A stretch of DNA of 64,000 nucleotides from the human T2T-CHM13v2.0 reference genome, Homo sapiens, in assembly GCF_009914755.1 (NCBI RefSeq), contig NC_060943.1. One strand, given 5' to 3'. The notes under the pieces were generated by a model. The model did no database searches, had not been told where the DNA came from, and saw nothing but the letters and a program-made list of their open reading frames with translations. The translations under genes and the position numbers were made by a program. This document shows, piece after piece, positions 1 to 11,632 of this stretch (position 1 is the first letter of the stretch; each line of letters opens with the position of its first letter).

Positions 1-690
1 TTGACACAGAAGGGCACTCAGGCTATGGTGAGACCATCTCAGAGTCCTGCTATCAGCTGGGCTGGCCTCAAACCCTCCATGGCTAGTCACTGCCATAATT
101 GATGGGTCATTTTTTTCACCCTTCATCTTTGTGTTCAGCAAACATTTCCTGAGTGCTCACAGTGGTCAGGCCCAGTCCAGGCAATGTAGACACAGCCTCA
201 ATCAGGACGACCCTGGTCCTGCTTTTCTGGGGCTCATGGTGTGGTGGGAGAGGCAGTCGGTAAGCAGGATTCAGGAGTATAGTCTAGAGCACTGGATGGA
301 GGTCATTGCAGGAGCAGGTTGGGGAGTGGGTGCCTGAGAAGGGGGACAGGGGCGGGGGGAAGGGGGTAAGCAATGGAAAGAGTGTGGGTGGAATAGCCAG
401 TGTGGAGATGTATGCAGCATACAGCAGCCGCTAGTTTTCCTCAGCTTCACATCCTGGGTGTCGGGGGGCTGCCACCTTGATCATGGGAGTGCCCAGTGTA
501 GTCAGTGCCATACCTATCAGGGCAGATTGTTCCTCCAAACCCCAGCCCCTCCTGCAGGGCCAGCCTCACCTCTACTTTTCCCCTAAGCTTTTGTGCCAGC
601 TCCGGGGTTCCTTCTTGCCTGTCCACTCAGCCTGCCCTGGTCCTCTCCTAACCAGGATGCCCCAGGCAACCACTGTTTCTCTGCCTTTAG

Positions 691-2114
691 GTTCCTGGAG
701 TTTGACAGAGGATAGAGATGTTTCTGGAGAATGGCCACGAGCTTTCCCAGATACCCCACCTGGGATGACTACTAGCGTCTTCCCTGTTGCCGGTGCCTGC
801 CACAGTGTAAAAAGCCTGCAGAGACAACGGGGTGCCTCCCCATCTCGGGAGAGAAAACCCACGGGGGTGTCGGTGATCTACTGGGAGAGGCTCCTGCTAG
901 GCTCAGGCAGTGGGCAAGCCAGCGTCAGCCTGCGACTGACCTCCCCGCTTAGGCCTCCCGAGGGCGTCCGGCTTAGGGAAAAGACACTCACAGAGCATGC
1001 GTTGCTGGGGAGGCAGCCCAGGACGCCTGAGCGGCAGAAACCATGTGCACAGGAGGTCCCTGGGAGAACCTTTGGGAGCGCCCAGGACCTGGAGGCTGCC
1101 GGCGGTCGGGGACATCACCGAATGGGTGCAGTTTGGCAGGAGCCTCATAGACTCCTCGGTGGCCAGGAGCCCTCGACCTGGGACGAGCTGGGCGAGGCTC
1201 TTCACGCTGGGGAGAAGTCCTTCGAATGCAGGGCGTGCAGCAAAGTGTTCGTGAAGAGCTCCGACCTCCTCAAGCACCTACGCACCCACACCGGGGAGCG
1301 GCCCTACGAGTGCGCCCAGTGCGGCAAGGCCTTCAGCCAGACGTCGCACTTGACGCAGCACCAGCGCATCCACAGCGGCGAGACGCCCTACGCGTGCCCC
1401 GTGTGCGGCAAGGCCTTCCGGCATAGCTCCTCGCTGGTGCGGCACCAGCGCATCCACACGGCCGAGAAGTCCTTCCGCTGCTCCGAGTGCGGCAAGGCCT
1501 TCAGCCACGGCTCCAACCTCAGCCAGCACCGCAAGATCCACGCGGGTGGGCGTCCTTATGCTTGCGCACAGTGTGGCCGCCGCTTCTGCCGCAACTCGCA
1601 CCTGATCCAGCACGAGCGTACGCACACAGGCGAGAAGCCCTTCGTGTGCGCGCTCTGCGGTGCTGCCTTCAGCCAGGGCTCCTCGCTCTTTAAGCACCAG
1701 CGCGTGCACACAGGCGAGAAGCCCTTCGCCTGCCCACAGTGCGGCCGCGCCTTTAGCCACAGCTCCAACCTCACCCAGCACCAGCTCCTGCACACGGGCG
1801 AGCGGCCCTTCCGCTGCGTGGACTGTGGCAAGGCCTTCGCCAAGGGCGCCGTGCTGCTCAGCCACCGGCGCATTCACACGGGCGAGAAGCCCTTCGTGTG
1901 TACGCAGTGTGGCCGCGCCTTCCGTGAGCGCCCGGCCCTCTTCCACCACCAGAGGATCCATACCGGCGAGAAGACCGTCCGGCGATCCAGGGCCAGCCTG
2001 CACCCCCAGGCCAGGTCTGTTGCCGGGGCATCATCAGAAGGTGCGCCAGCGAAGGAAACCGAGCCCACTCCCGCCTCGGGCCCAGCCGCCGTCTCGCAGC
2101 CAGCGGAGGTCTGA
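691..2114 (+). CDS. ZNF324: ZNF324 last coding exon: spacer plus 9 C2H2 zinc fingers; KRAB exons lie upstream of the window
   Basis: Acceptor tttctctgcctttag|GT at 690/691. ORF GSWSLTEDRDVSGEW...QPAEV* has 9 CxxC-x12-HxxxH fingers with TGEKP-type linkers; stop TGA 2112-2114. Position directly upstream of ZNF446 favours ZNF324 over the paralog ZNF324B. Confidence 0.93.
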
Positions 2115-5100
2115 GGTCACAGGTTGCAGCCCTGGCCTTCTATGAATCCCTTCCACAGCTAAAGGGCATATGTCCTCTGCAGATCCACAGCAGAGAAAAA
2201 GTCCCGTGCTTGCTAGTCAGGGACAAGGGAGGCCCTTTGGCTGTGATTTCATTTGCACGTGGGGACAGGATTTGCCAGTTCACCCACAGATCACACCTCC
2301 ATCCCCAAAGAGGTAGCACTGCAGCAACATCAGGGGGAGGACGTGGTGGCTGAACTCTAGTGGGGCCGAGACTATTCAGAGCCAGTAGGAGGCCGACAGT
2401 CACAGCACTGCACTGTGGTGCGGCTTCATGTGATATGACAGTGGATGCTAAGGTGAGAGGGATGCAGGCATGGGTTGGGGGTGGCCCAGAGAAACTTATG
2501 ACAGCTGTACACAAACTGGCCGCTGGAGAGATGCCCGCTGAGGGTATTCTCCCCTCAACCCACTGCCTCTGTTCATCCAAGACTTCCTAGGGGCCAGCCT
2601 AGCAGACAAGAGACCACAAGGGACTGGGGATCAGGGTCTGGGCTCTGTCAGCCGCCACCTCTGGGAAAGAGAAAAGGTTTGGGTCCACTGAACATCATGT
2701 TTGTAGACGCTGACAGGTGGGGTCCTAATGAGAGCCAACACATGCTCACTGCCAGCTCCTGTCCTGAGTACTGGGAAGTTTCTCCTGAAGCCCTGTGAGA
2801 TGGCTCTGTGGCTGGTATCCCGACTTGGAAGATGAGGAAACTGAGGCACACGGCCTGGCCTGGCTTCACACACATAGCCGACTCAGGAGAGGGATGCCCA
2901 TGGGGGAACATGTGACTCTCAGCATTGGAAGGACAGAGCTAGGATGATGGCTTTCCGGTGGCACTCGTTCAGGTTTTTGCCCAAGTCTCAGCTTGGCCAA
3001 GGCCTGTCACTGACTGGTTTACCAAAGTCGATGTGAGGAGGAGGCTTTATACCTGAGGGGATGATGTTAACTTCAGACAAGATGGAGCTGCTCACTTTTG
3101 CCGGGTTTGGTGGCCACTTCACCCCCAACCCTGTCTCACCCCCATTATCCCTCCTCAATTGGAGGCTGGACAGAGCTGAATAGGAAAGACTTGCTATTGC
3201 CTAAGGCTATGTGTGACACCCTCCTGAGGACCTCCCCACCCCAGTGTAATGGCCCTTCATGGCAGGGACAGAAAGGTGGACTGGGGGCCATTTGCTTCCT
3301 GTGGCCTTCAGCAGACCAGGCCCTGTCCCTACCTGGAGCCTCACCTCCAAGGAAATTCATGTTCTCCTTAATGGAAAAAAAAAAAAAAAAAAAAAAGACT
3401 ACCATCTGCAACTCAGAGTAGGTGTTGCAGTTTCCTGTACAGCAGTTTGGACCTCCAGAGCACAGCCTCTTGTCCCTACTCCAGAGCATGGTTCAGTCTT
3501 AATAGCAGTTCAAGAGCTTCTCTGATAAAGGTTTCTTTTTAAACATTTGTGTGAACGGTAGCAACCTGACACCTATTTCACCCTCATACAATGCAGATGG
3601 TATTGAACATACCCTGACATGCCATCAGCGTTTGTCATCATCACAGAAGTTCCTGGACTTGGCTTCAACCTGGGTACCCTCAAGAGGCCACAGAGTAGAG
3701 ATACAGCCTGTCTGCAGCCCAGGGAGGGAGTGGGATACCTGTATCCTTTTCAGGGTCAGAGGTGGGTTGGGGTAGCCAGGAGCTGGATGAACTGGGATAG
3801 AGTGGGGCTGTCTGGAGCAGCAGCCCTGCTAGATGAGTCCTGGTGGATCCTGGCAATGGGAGGATGGTAGGTGGAGAAACCAAGGCAGGGCTGTGTTCCT
3901 TCTGCTGCTGAGATAGAGGGTGTGGCCATGTGTGATGACCCTGCAAGGTTGACTCCAACCAGTGGGCACTCCATCCCATGGCTTCCAAAATCCTGCAGCT
4001 ATCCTGCCCTATACACAAAGAGCCCAGATCCAGGCCCCACACACTTGATATTGGGGCCAGACTCTTCCACCTGTGAAACCTCACAGGTTCCTGCAGGGAG
4101 TGGAGACACACAGAACCTAGCTCCCCTGGAGCCTGCAAGACTTGGGCCACCAGAATCCCAGTAGGTCCCTGAACCATTGTCCCCCAGTAAGTCTGCAGAG
4201 CTGTGAAATGCAGACAATAACCCTTCCCTGCCTGAAAGAGCACTTTTCTGGGGAGCCCATGGGAGTCAGGAGCAAAAGCATCTGTCAAACAAGTAGATAC
4301 CCAGAGAGTCACGTGAAATCATTTCTATGCCTCTGACAGACGCTTCTTGAGCGAAGTTTCTGCCCTGAGCCCGCCTGACCCCTTAGGCTGGGCTCAGTAC
4401 CCTACCTTGTCTTCCCACCAGCCGCCTCCCTCCATCAAGTTCCTTTCCACGTCTGCTTGTGCCCCTGTTGTCCCTCAGTTTGTCCACCCTCCTCCAATCT
4501 TCCCCTCCCCAAACCCATGACTGATCAGTGGCCCCCAACCTAGGCTCCCACCTCCATGCAGGTCTTGGCCCCTCGGCTGACCTCCCTCCAACCTCCCCCT
4601 CTGCTCTTAATTTTGAATAGGTAGTGACTGTAAAAGTATCCCTGGGCTTCTATGTCAAAAGGTCAGACTGAACACATGCATCTCACTGGGCTCAGAAATC
4701 CACTGAAACCACAGAGGGGAGTATTTAAAACACATAACCCACAAGTATGAGGATGGTGACAGAGGAGTCAGGAGCAATGGCATTCCTAAGCTAGAAGTGG
4801 GTGAGAGCTGTCACTAAGTTAGGGAAGGCAAAATACTACGTGGCGACTTGGCGAAGAGGAGAGAGTTCCCACCAGGCTGACTCCAGAACCGCAGAAGGCT
4901 GAGAACCAGCAGCCCAGAGACGGGAGACCTATATCAAAGCTGCCTGGGGAACAACTACTGAAGAAGCCCTTAACGCCCCAGTGCTCTCCCCACATGGTGG
5001 AGGGTGAAAGTTTTTGTTTTTTTTTCCTTCTGGGACTCTGCATAGTCCCAGAGAAAAGGCCTAAGCACCTCATCCCCAAAAACAACCTGAGGAGGCCGTT

Positions 5101-6005
5101 GGAAAGCTCCGAGTTGACAAGTCTCATCCACGCACATGCTCGGTGCTTCCAATCGGTGATTAAGACCACTGCTCTTCATCCAGAGCAGGCAGCAGGGATT
5201 CCCAGGTATCCAAAGAAACCAAAACAGGCGGTGTAATTTAGGACTGACTAAGTAATGGCTCGGCCACTTTTAAGTGTGGAAGCAAAACTGACCCCACAGA
5301 TTTAGAAAACTGTAACACTGCTTATTGGGAGAAACTAGTGTCACCCTGGCTAGTTCTGCTCCCCAAATTCAAAGGTAAATAAACGGTTGAGCATGTCCCA
5401 TCAGCCTGGAGGGAAACCTCCACCCCCGACTTTGTAGGACTGACATCTGAAGACGTCAGAGACTGCGGTCACAACCGTCGGTACCTCCTTAGGGCGCTTA
5501 ACAGAGGTCAAAGATGGCCCTCGCACCCTCCTGGCGGGAGAAAGCCCAGGCTCAGGGTGGTCTTCTACACCACCGCCTCTCCCGGGTCCACTTGGAAGCG
5601 AGTCCCAGCGAACTACTCGACCTAGGAAACCACTGGGCCGCCACTTCCAGCCTCTTCGGAAGTCGAGGCAACGCTCCTGAACGTTGCCACGGGAACAGCT
5701 GGAGGCGGGCGGATATGCCCTAGCGTTATCTAGGGGCTGGCCCGGGGAATGGCGTGGGGGCGGCGGGGCCAAGCAAGCGCCACCTCTGATTGGGCAAAAC
5801 CCCCTCCCCTCACCTGCCAATAGAAACCGGCCCACTGTACAGACGCGCAAGTTTATAACCCGGGAAGAGCTGCTCTCAGAGCGGAGGGAGACCATATAAC
5901 TCTGGGACTCTGCCGTACCTCCTAGAGGAACAGAGCGCCTCTCAGGCGTCAGAGGCTGCTGCAAATGCGGGTCAGCGGGTCACGGTCGCGCCTGTCTTGC
6001 TGATG

Positions 6006-6024
6006 CTCATGGGAAATGTAGTTC
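6006..6024 (-). promoter_or_regulatory. ZNF143/THAP11-type SBS motif (ACTACAnnTCCCA)
   Basis: Reverse complement reads ACTACATTTCCCATGAG, just upstream of ZNF446 exon 1. Confidence 0.8.
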
Positions 6025-6039
6025 AAAGGGCATGGGCGG

Positions 6040-6163
6040 TGCCTTCGGTGCAGGCGAGAGATTGGTCAGCGCGGCGTCGCCGGGGCAACACCCGGCTGAG
6101 GCGCCCCGCGTTGTGCGGCGCCACATCCGGGAAGCGGCCTCCAAGCAACCGCTCCGGGTTGAG
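6040..6163 (+). other. ZNF446: ZNF446 probable non-coding exon 1 (5' end approximate)
   Basis: Strong donor GAG|GTGAGC at 6163/6164 within the CpG island; next acceptor ttccttttctgtag|G at 7145/7146. Confidence 0.65.
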
Positions 6164-7185
6164 GTGAGCGCAGGCTGCCAGAGTGGGCGCAGCCTTTCCA
6201 CCCCGTGGGAGGGCTTGGGGTCGCCCTCTGGGGCCTGAACGGCTCCTGCTGTCGGCGCCCTGGAGGGCCCGCCCACTTCCCGACAGGCCGCGCGCGTCAC
6301 CTCAGCCTTCGCTCAGGCCTTTCCTACCCTCAACGCCGTTCCGGGGGGCCGGGCCTGGCAAGTCCTCTTGGAACGCCTCCCTCTTGCCTTCCCCTTTTGG
6401 GGACAGATCCCGAAGTTCGAGCATCCCTCGGATAGGCCGGGTGTCAGGCCTGGTCTCTCAGGCCCGTCCAGGTGGGCGTCTTTCACTGCAGACCTTCAGG
6501 GCCGGGATGCTGTGGCCATCCCTCGACTCCGCGCAACGTGGAGCTTTGGCCCCGTTTTTCTTGGCCTTTGCTTTTCGTTTTCACATGCACGGGCCCCGGC
6601 AGTGTGAGTCGCCCACGGCTCGCTGTGGTCAGCGAGCACGATGTCCACGTGCCCCCTCCCCAGAGCCATTCCTAAAGGAGGTCCCACCCAGTCAACCTCC
6701 CCGAGATTGTGGAGGGCGACTCGTCCCCGTACATTACAGCCTGGCCCCACCTTCTACCCGCCCACCCTGGTCCACTCTCCTCGCACCTCGGCTAGACACT
6801 GTGGCTCCTCAGCCTGGCGCTGGAACTCTGTGATGACTGTCTTTCTCCACCTCTTTAGCGTCATCTCCCAGCAGTCCCCTGCTGGACCCAACTGTTTGCA
6901 ATTTCCAGGAAGCTCCCTGGACACCTTGCGTCCAAGCATTTGTCCCTGAGGCTTCCTCCTGCTCTCATTTGCCATCATTGTTTGGGTCCTGTGACCCTCC
7001 TCCTTCCATGAAGCTTTCTTGGCCTTATCTCTTCTGGCCTCAGAGTACACTTGGTCCTGGTCTCAGCCCCCTGGGCTGAGCCTGGTGTCTGCCTTCCCCT
7101 GGCCAGATTCTCTTGGCTGACATTCCGACCCTTCCTTTTCTGTAGGCCCATCTTGACGATTCCAAGACCACCCCCTTGAGCAAGA

Positions 7186-7527
7186 ATGCCATCCCCTCTG
7201 GGTCCCCCATGCCTGCCCGTCATGGACCCAGAGACCACCCTTGAGGAGCCTGAGACTGCCCGCCTCCGCTTCCGAGGGTTCTGCTACCAGGAGGTGGCAG
7301 GTCCCCGAGAAGCCCTGGCCCGGCTGCGTGAGCTGTGTTGCCAGTGGCTGCAGCCTGAGGCACACTCCAAGGAGCAGATGCTGGAGATGCTGGTGCTGGA
7401 GCAGTTCCTGGGCACACTGCCTCCCGAGATCCAGGCCTGGGTGCGCGGTCAGCGGCCAGGCAGTCCTGAGGAGGCCGCTGCCCTAGTCGAAGGACTGCAG
7501 CATGACCCTGGGCAACTGTTGGGCTGG
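7186..7527 (+). CDS. ZNF446: ZNF446 coding exon (SCAN domain)
   Basis: ATG at 7186; donor TGG|GTGAGT. Confidence 0.95.
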
Positions 7528-10500
7528 GTGAGTGTGGCTGGCATCAGCTTCTTGGAGGGATAGACCCTGGCTAGAGCCATTGTGACCTACCTCTTCTCCT
7601 CAGATCACAGCCCATGTCCTGAAGCAGGAGGTGCTCCCTGCAGCCCAGAAGACAGAGGAACCACTTGGGAGCCCCCACCCCTCAGGGACAGTGGAGTCCC
7701 CTGGGGAAGGTCCCCAGGACACCAGAATAGAGGGGTCTGTCCAGCTCAGCTGCAGTGTGAAGGAGGAGCCCAATGTCGATGGACAGGAAGTGGGTGAGGT
7801 TGGGGTCCCACCAGAGATGAGGGACTCCTGGAGGAAGTGTGGACATTCCTGGCTAGGGTGGGAGTCCCAGGAGAGGTGTGTCAAGGCTGGGACTCCTGAA
7901 GTGAATGTGGATGTCCCTGTCTGGGATGGGGACCTGGGAGGCAGGAGCCAAGGGCTGGCTACGTGCCATGTCACACAGCAGAGGAGCTCCTCATCTGCCA
8001 TGGCTCATGTGGGCAGCCCCTGACACCACCCTTCCATCTGCCCCACTTTTCAGCACCCTCCAGCCCTCCACTTGCAGCACAGTCCCCTGAGGGGCACCAT
8101 GGACACCAAGAACCAGCCTCCACATCCTTCCACCCACCCAGGATTCAGGTGAGCAGCCCCAAGTGGGAAGTATAGGCCCCAGGTGTGAGAAGGGACTGTC
8201 CCCATGGCTGCCCTCTGCCTGGTGGTTTTCCAGGCTCCTTGACTAGTGGCTCTTTGCTTCCCAGAAGTGGAGTCTGTAAAAGCTGTACCCCTCCACAGGA
8301 CCTGGGGCAGAGGGACAGACTGGTGATCTATTATTGAAAAGGATTTGGGGCTGGACATGGTGGCTTACACCTGTAATCCTAGCACTTTGGGAGGCTGAGG
8401 TGAGCGGATCACCTGAGGTCAGGAGCTCGAGACCAGCCTGACCAATGTGGTGAAACCCTGTATCTACTAAAGATACAAAAATTAGCCAGAAGTGGTGGCA
8501 GGCGCCTGTAATCCCAGCTACTAGGGAGGGTGAGGCAGGACAATTGCTTGAACCCAGGAGGCAGAGGATGCAGTGAGCCGAGATTGTGCCACTGCGCTCC
8601 AGCCTGGTCAACAAGAGCAAAATTGTGTGTCAAAAACAAACAAACAAAAAAGGATTTGGGCCTCAAGCCATGGAAACCCAGTTTAGAGTGGCTGGAACTA
8701 GTGGGCTTGGCTTCCTCACCTCCAGAGAAGTCAGCTGGGAGGTTTGCTGCTCCCAGAGGTCCTGAGCCAGACCTGGGGATTTGAACTTTTGTGTGTAGCT
8801 GGGGAGGGGAGAAGATGACCAGCTGTGGCAGGACTCCCCCCACACCTGAGACCAGATGGAGACACTCTCCCTGGGAAATGCCCGAAGTCCCTTCTCTCCT
8901 AGGGGTTTCTTCAGAGGCCACCTGTTAGGCCTGGAAGCTCAGCTTGAGGCCTCTTCTACCTGGATCGCTTGGTTCCCAAGTGTGGGTAGCAAGGTCTTTT
9001 CCTCTCCCGGCTCCTCTAACAACTCCACTGGGGAGCTTCAGCAGCAACATTGCTGGTTGAGATGTGTTTCGAGGCTAAGAAGTCCTTCCAGGCTCCCTCC
9101 ACAGCCCCATGGCACAGTCAGAAAGTGAGGCAGGGTGGGTAGGCTGCACTTCCCAGTGTCCTCACCTCCAGCCAGCACCATCTCTAGCTGTGGCTCCTCA
9201 CAGCTGCCGCCTTCCTGCCCCTGGACTTGCCACAGCTTGTCCCTCAGGATTATTTTTCCCAACCCAGCAAAGCCCCAGATGATGGGACTCAGGCAGCAAG
9301 GAGGGCTGACCCCCAATCAGGGAGTTCATTCCTCGATAAAGTCACTCAGGTCCCTGTGATGCTGCCAAACCTGCCCTCTGAGCAGGATGGTGTAGTAGAG
9401 GGGGATGAGTGCTGGCAGCAGCACTGGTCAGGTGATCTGAAGGAGAACCTCTGCACTTAACAAACACACACCTTGAGATCATTCTCAGCAGGAGGGGCAG
9501 ATGAGGCGTAGGTAACCTGCTGACTCTTCCGGGTAATAGGTAAGAATGTGAACCAGACAGGGCAGGGAAGGGGTGGAAAGACGCCTACAGTGATGGGCCA
9601 CATCCGCAGGAGGAGTGGGGGCTGCTGGACCGGTCACAGAAGGAACTGTACTGGGATGCGATGCTGGAGAAGTACGGCACAGTGGTCTCCCTGGGTGAGG
9701 ACCAGCCAGCCCCACCCCGCCCCTCTCCCTGGGGCCTGCACCCACCCTGCAGCAGGCCTAGCTGGGCAGGGCCTCTGTGCTACCAGCCCTACCCAGCTCT
9801 CCCACCTTCCAGAGGAACACCCTGTCACCTACCAGAACCGACCCCACCCCTCCTTCATGCAAACCCCATGCCTAACTGTGCCCCCCACCCGGGCAGGGTT
9901 ACCGCCCCACCAGCCAGAGGCACAGGCCCAGTCAGAGCTGGGGATGCTGCTCACGGGGACAGGCGTCTGCAGAAGCCTGCGCTCGGGTGAGTGCCCCACA
10001 CCATCCAGCCTGAATCACCCCTCCTGTATCGGTGGGACCTGAGCCACCCACTCATGGGGGGACGGGAGCTTGTGCCACAGCCACAAGCCTGAGGGAGGGG
10101 TTGCTGAGTGCCGGGACTCACCTGGTTTGCCCCTGCCCCCAGGAAATGAGAGTGAGGGTCCACCTGGCTGCCCAGAGGCCCAGCCGCCCCAGGGCCCAGG
10201 GCCGGCAGCCTGGGAGGGCTTGTCTGGGGCTGCCACTCCTGCCCCCACTGTGCGCCCAGGGACACCGCCAGTGCCCACTCAGCCCACACCTGCAGAGACG
10301 AGACTGGAGCCGGCTGCCACCCCCAGGAAGCCCTACACGTGCGAGCAGTGTGGCCGCGGCTTCGACTGGAAGTCAGTGTTCGTCATCCACCACCGGACAC
10401 ACACGAGTGGGCCAGGTGTGCAGTCCCCGGGGCTAGCCACCGGGGAAAGCACAGAGAAGCCACCACAAGGGGAGGTGGCCTTTCCGCACCACCCCCGACA

Positions 10501-10693
10501 CTCACTCACAGGCCCCCGGAGTTACCCGTGTGAGGAGTGCGGGTGCAGCTTCAGCTGGAAGTCGCAGCTGGTCATCCACCGCAAGAGCCACACAGGCCAG
10601 CGGCGTCACTTCTGCAGTGACTGTGGCCGCGCCTTCGACTGGAAGTCGCAGCTGGTCATCCACCGCAAGGGCCACCGGCCGGAGGTTCCATGA
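7186..10693 (+). CDS. ZNF446: ZNF446 full CDS, join(7186..7527,7604..7793,8054..8148,9610..9694,9897..9986,10143..10693): SCAN domain, truncated KRAB-A, 3 C2H2 fingers, 450 aa
   Basis: Exon lengths 342+190+95+85+90+551 = 1353 nt = 450 aa + stop; all introns GT-AG; SCAN motif [50 protein letters not shown]. Confidence 0.95.
7604..7793 (+). CDS. ZNF446: ZNF446 coding exon (ITAHVLKQ...DGQEV)
   Basis: ctcttctcctcag|ATC ... GTGG|GTGAGG. Confidence 0.9.
8054..8148 (+). CDS. ZNF446: ZNF446 coding exon (APSSPPL...PPRIQ)
   Basis: ccacttttcag|CA ... CAG|GTGAGC. Confidence 0.9.
8348..8650 (+). mobile_element. Full-length AluS in a ZNF446 intron
   Basis: Two-arm Alu flanked by target-site duplication AAAAGGATTTGGG. 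Confidence 0.9.
9610..9694 (+). CDS. ZNF446: ZNF446 coding exon, truncated KRAB-A ([28 protein letters not shown])
   Basis: KRAB-A-like residues; ccgcag|GAG ... CTGG|GTGAGG. Confidence 0.88.
9897..9986 (+). CDS. ZNF446: ZNF446 coding exon ([10 protein letters not shown]...RSLRS)
   Basis: ggcag|GG ... TCGG|GTGAGT; phase-1 symmetric exon of 90 nt. Confidence 0.85.
10143..10693 (+). CDS. ZNF446: ZNF446 last coding exon, 3 C2H2 fingers
   Basis: cccctgcccccag|GA; fingers YTCEQC, YPCEEC, HFCSDC; stop TGA 10691-10693. Confidence 0.95.
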
Positions 10694-11632
10694 GCAGCCA
10701 GACAGCACAGTCCCTCGGGGCCTCGGTGTTCTCGGGGCCTGGATACAGCCTCTGGGGCACCAGCAGAAGACTCTGGAGGCAGCAGGGGATGCCAGAGTGA
10801 ACAAGGGGTCCCAAGCCAGTTCCCTGCCCCTGGTCTGGTCTCCCCCAAAAGACCTGGGTGCAAGGAAAAGGAGCTGCTCTCTCTCTTCTTGCCCCTGCCT
10901 CCTAGAGGGAGGTCTGGGTTCCCTTCTATGGCTGACCAGTGCCTGTGGGGTGACTGCCAAGCACCAGGCTCCCTCCCTCCCTGTGACATGGCCTGGGCTG
11001 ACAACACTCCCTCTCCTGGGACCTCCTTGCCTCAGGTGGGTGTTCAAAAACTGTGCCTTCCCACTCGTCTGTGCAGAGGCTGGGCCTGAGGTCTCAGTGT
11101 GGAGAGCAGCAGAAGACCCAGGAAAGCACAGTTGGCTTCCGTTTCTCCTGCTCCCTGTGTGTGTTAGAATTTTAACATAAATTCCACTTTCATAATATGG
11201 AGTTTCTGAATAAGAATCCTGATTTCTGGCTTCTGCTGGTCGGGAAATAGGCAGTTTGCTGTCTCTGCCCAGTAGCTGCAGCACAGGGCAGTTGAGCCCA
11301 GAACGGCCAAACCTCTGTTGCCACAGAACCCAGGTCCCAGGTCCCCAGCCTCCCTTGCTCCTTGCCGCCCACATCACTCACCAGCCTCACTGGCCTTGGA
11401 ACTCATCAGTCCCGGCTTGAGAGACACAAAGGGGATTTCCTTTCGAAGTACGGCTGGACAAGGGGGACCTCTGAGAAGAGGGGCTGCAAGCAGGGGTTGC
11501 GCCAAGGCCATGGGTACTTCTAGGTCAGGCCGCACCCTCCATAGTTAGCTGGTCATGCAGCAGGAAGGCAAAAGGTCAGCTCCCTGGGAAGCACCGGATC
11601 TCTGGGCAGTCACTGGGGACTCGCCAATGCAC

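Larger units (their letters stand above)
5450..6800. promoter_or_regulatory. CpG-island promoter of ZNF446
   Basis: GC- and CpG-dense; CCAAT boxes near 5788 and 5818, GC boxes, ETS-like CGGAAG/CCGGGAAG; surrounds the non-coding exon 1. Boundaries approximate. Confidence 0.85.

Noticed and set aside
1278-2003. 241-aa antisense ORF and other overlapping ORFs over the ZNF324 finger array
   Set aside because: Shadow of the GC3-rich zinc-finger codons on the opposite strand; no independent gene signals.
4630-5400. Possible old L1M 5'-end fragment downstream of ZNF324
   Set aside because: Resemblance is too weak to call without a Dfam/RepeatMasker search.
5401-6833. 187-aa and 216-aa ORFs in the ZNF446 promoter region
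   Set aside because: Typical stop-poor CpG-island ORFs with low-complexity Arg/Pro/Gly content and no domain.
9987-10142. ZNF446 last intron has 3n length (156 nt)
   Set aside because: It contains an in-frame TGA at 10040-10042, so retention is not read-through.
10502-11377. 291-aa minus-strand ORF across the ZNF446 3' end
   Set aside because: Antisense to the last exon and UTR, no recognisable domain, GC-rich chance ORF.
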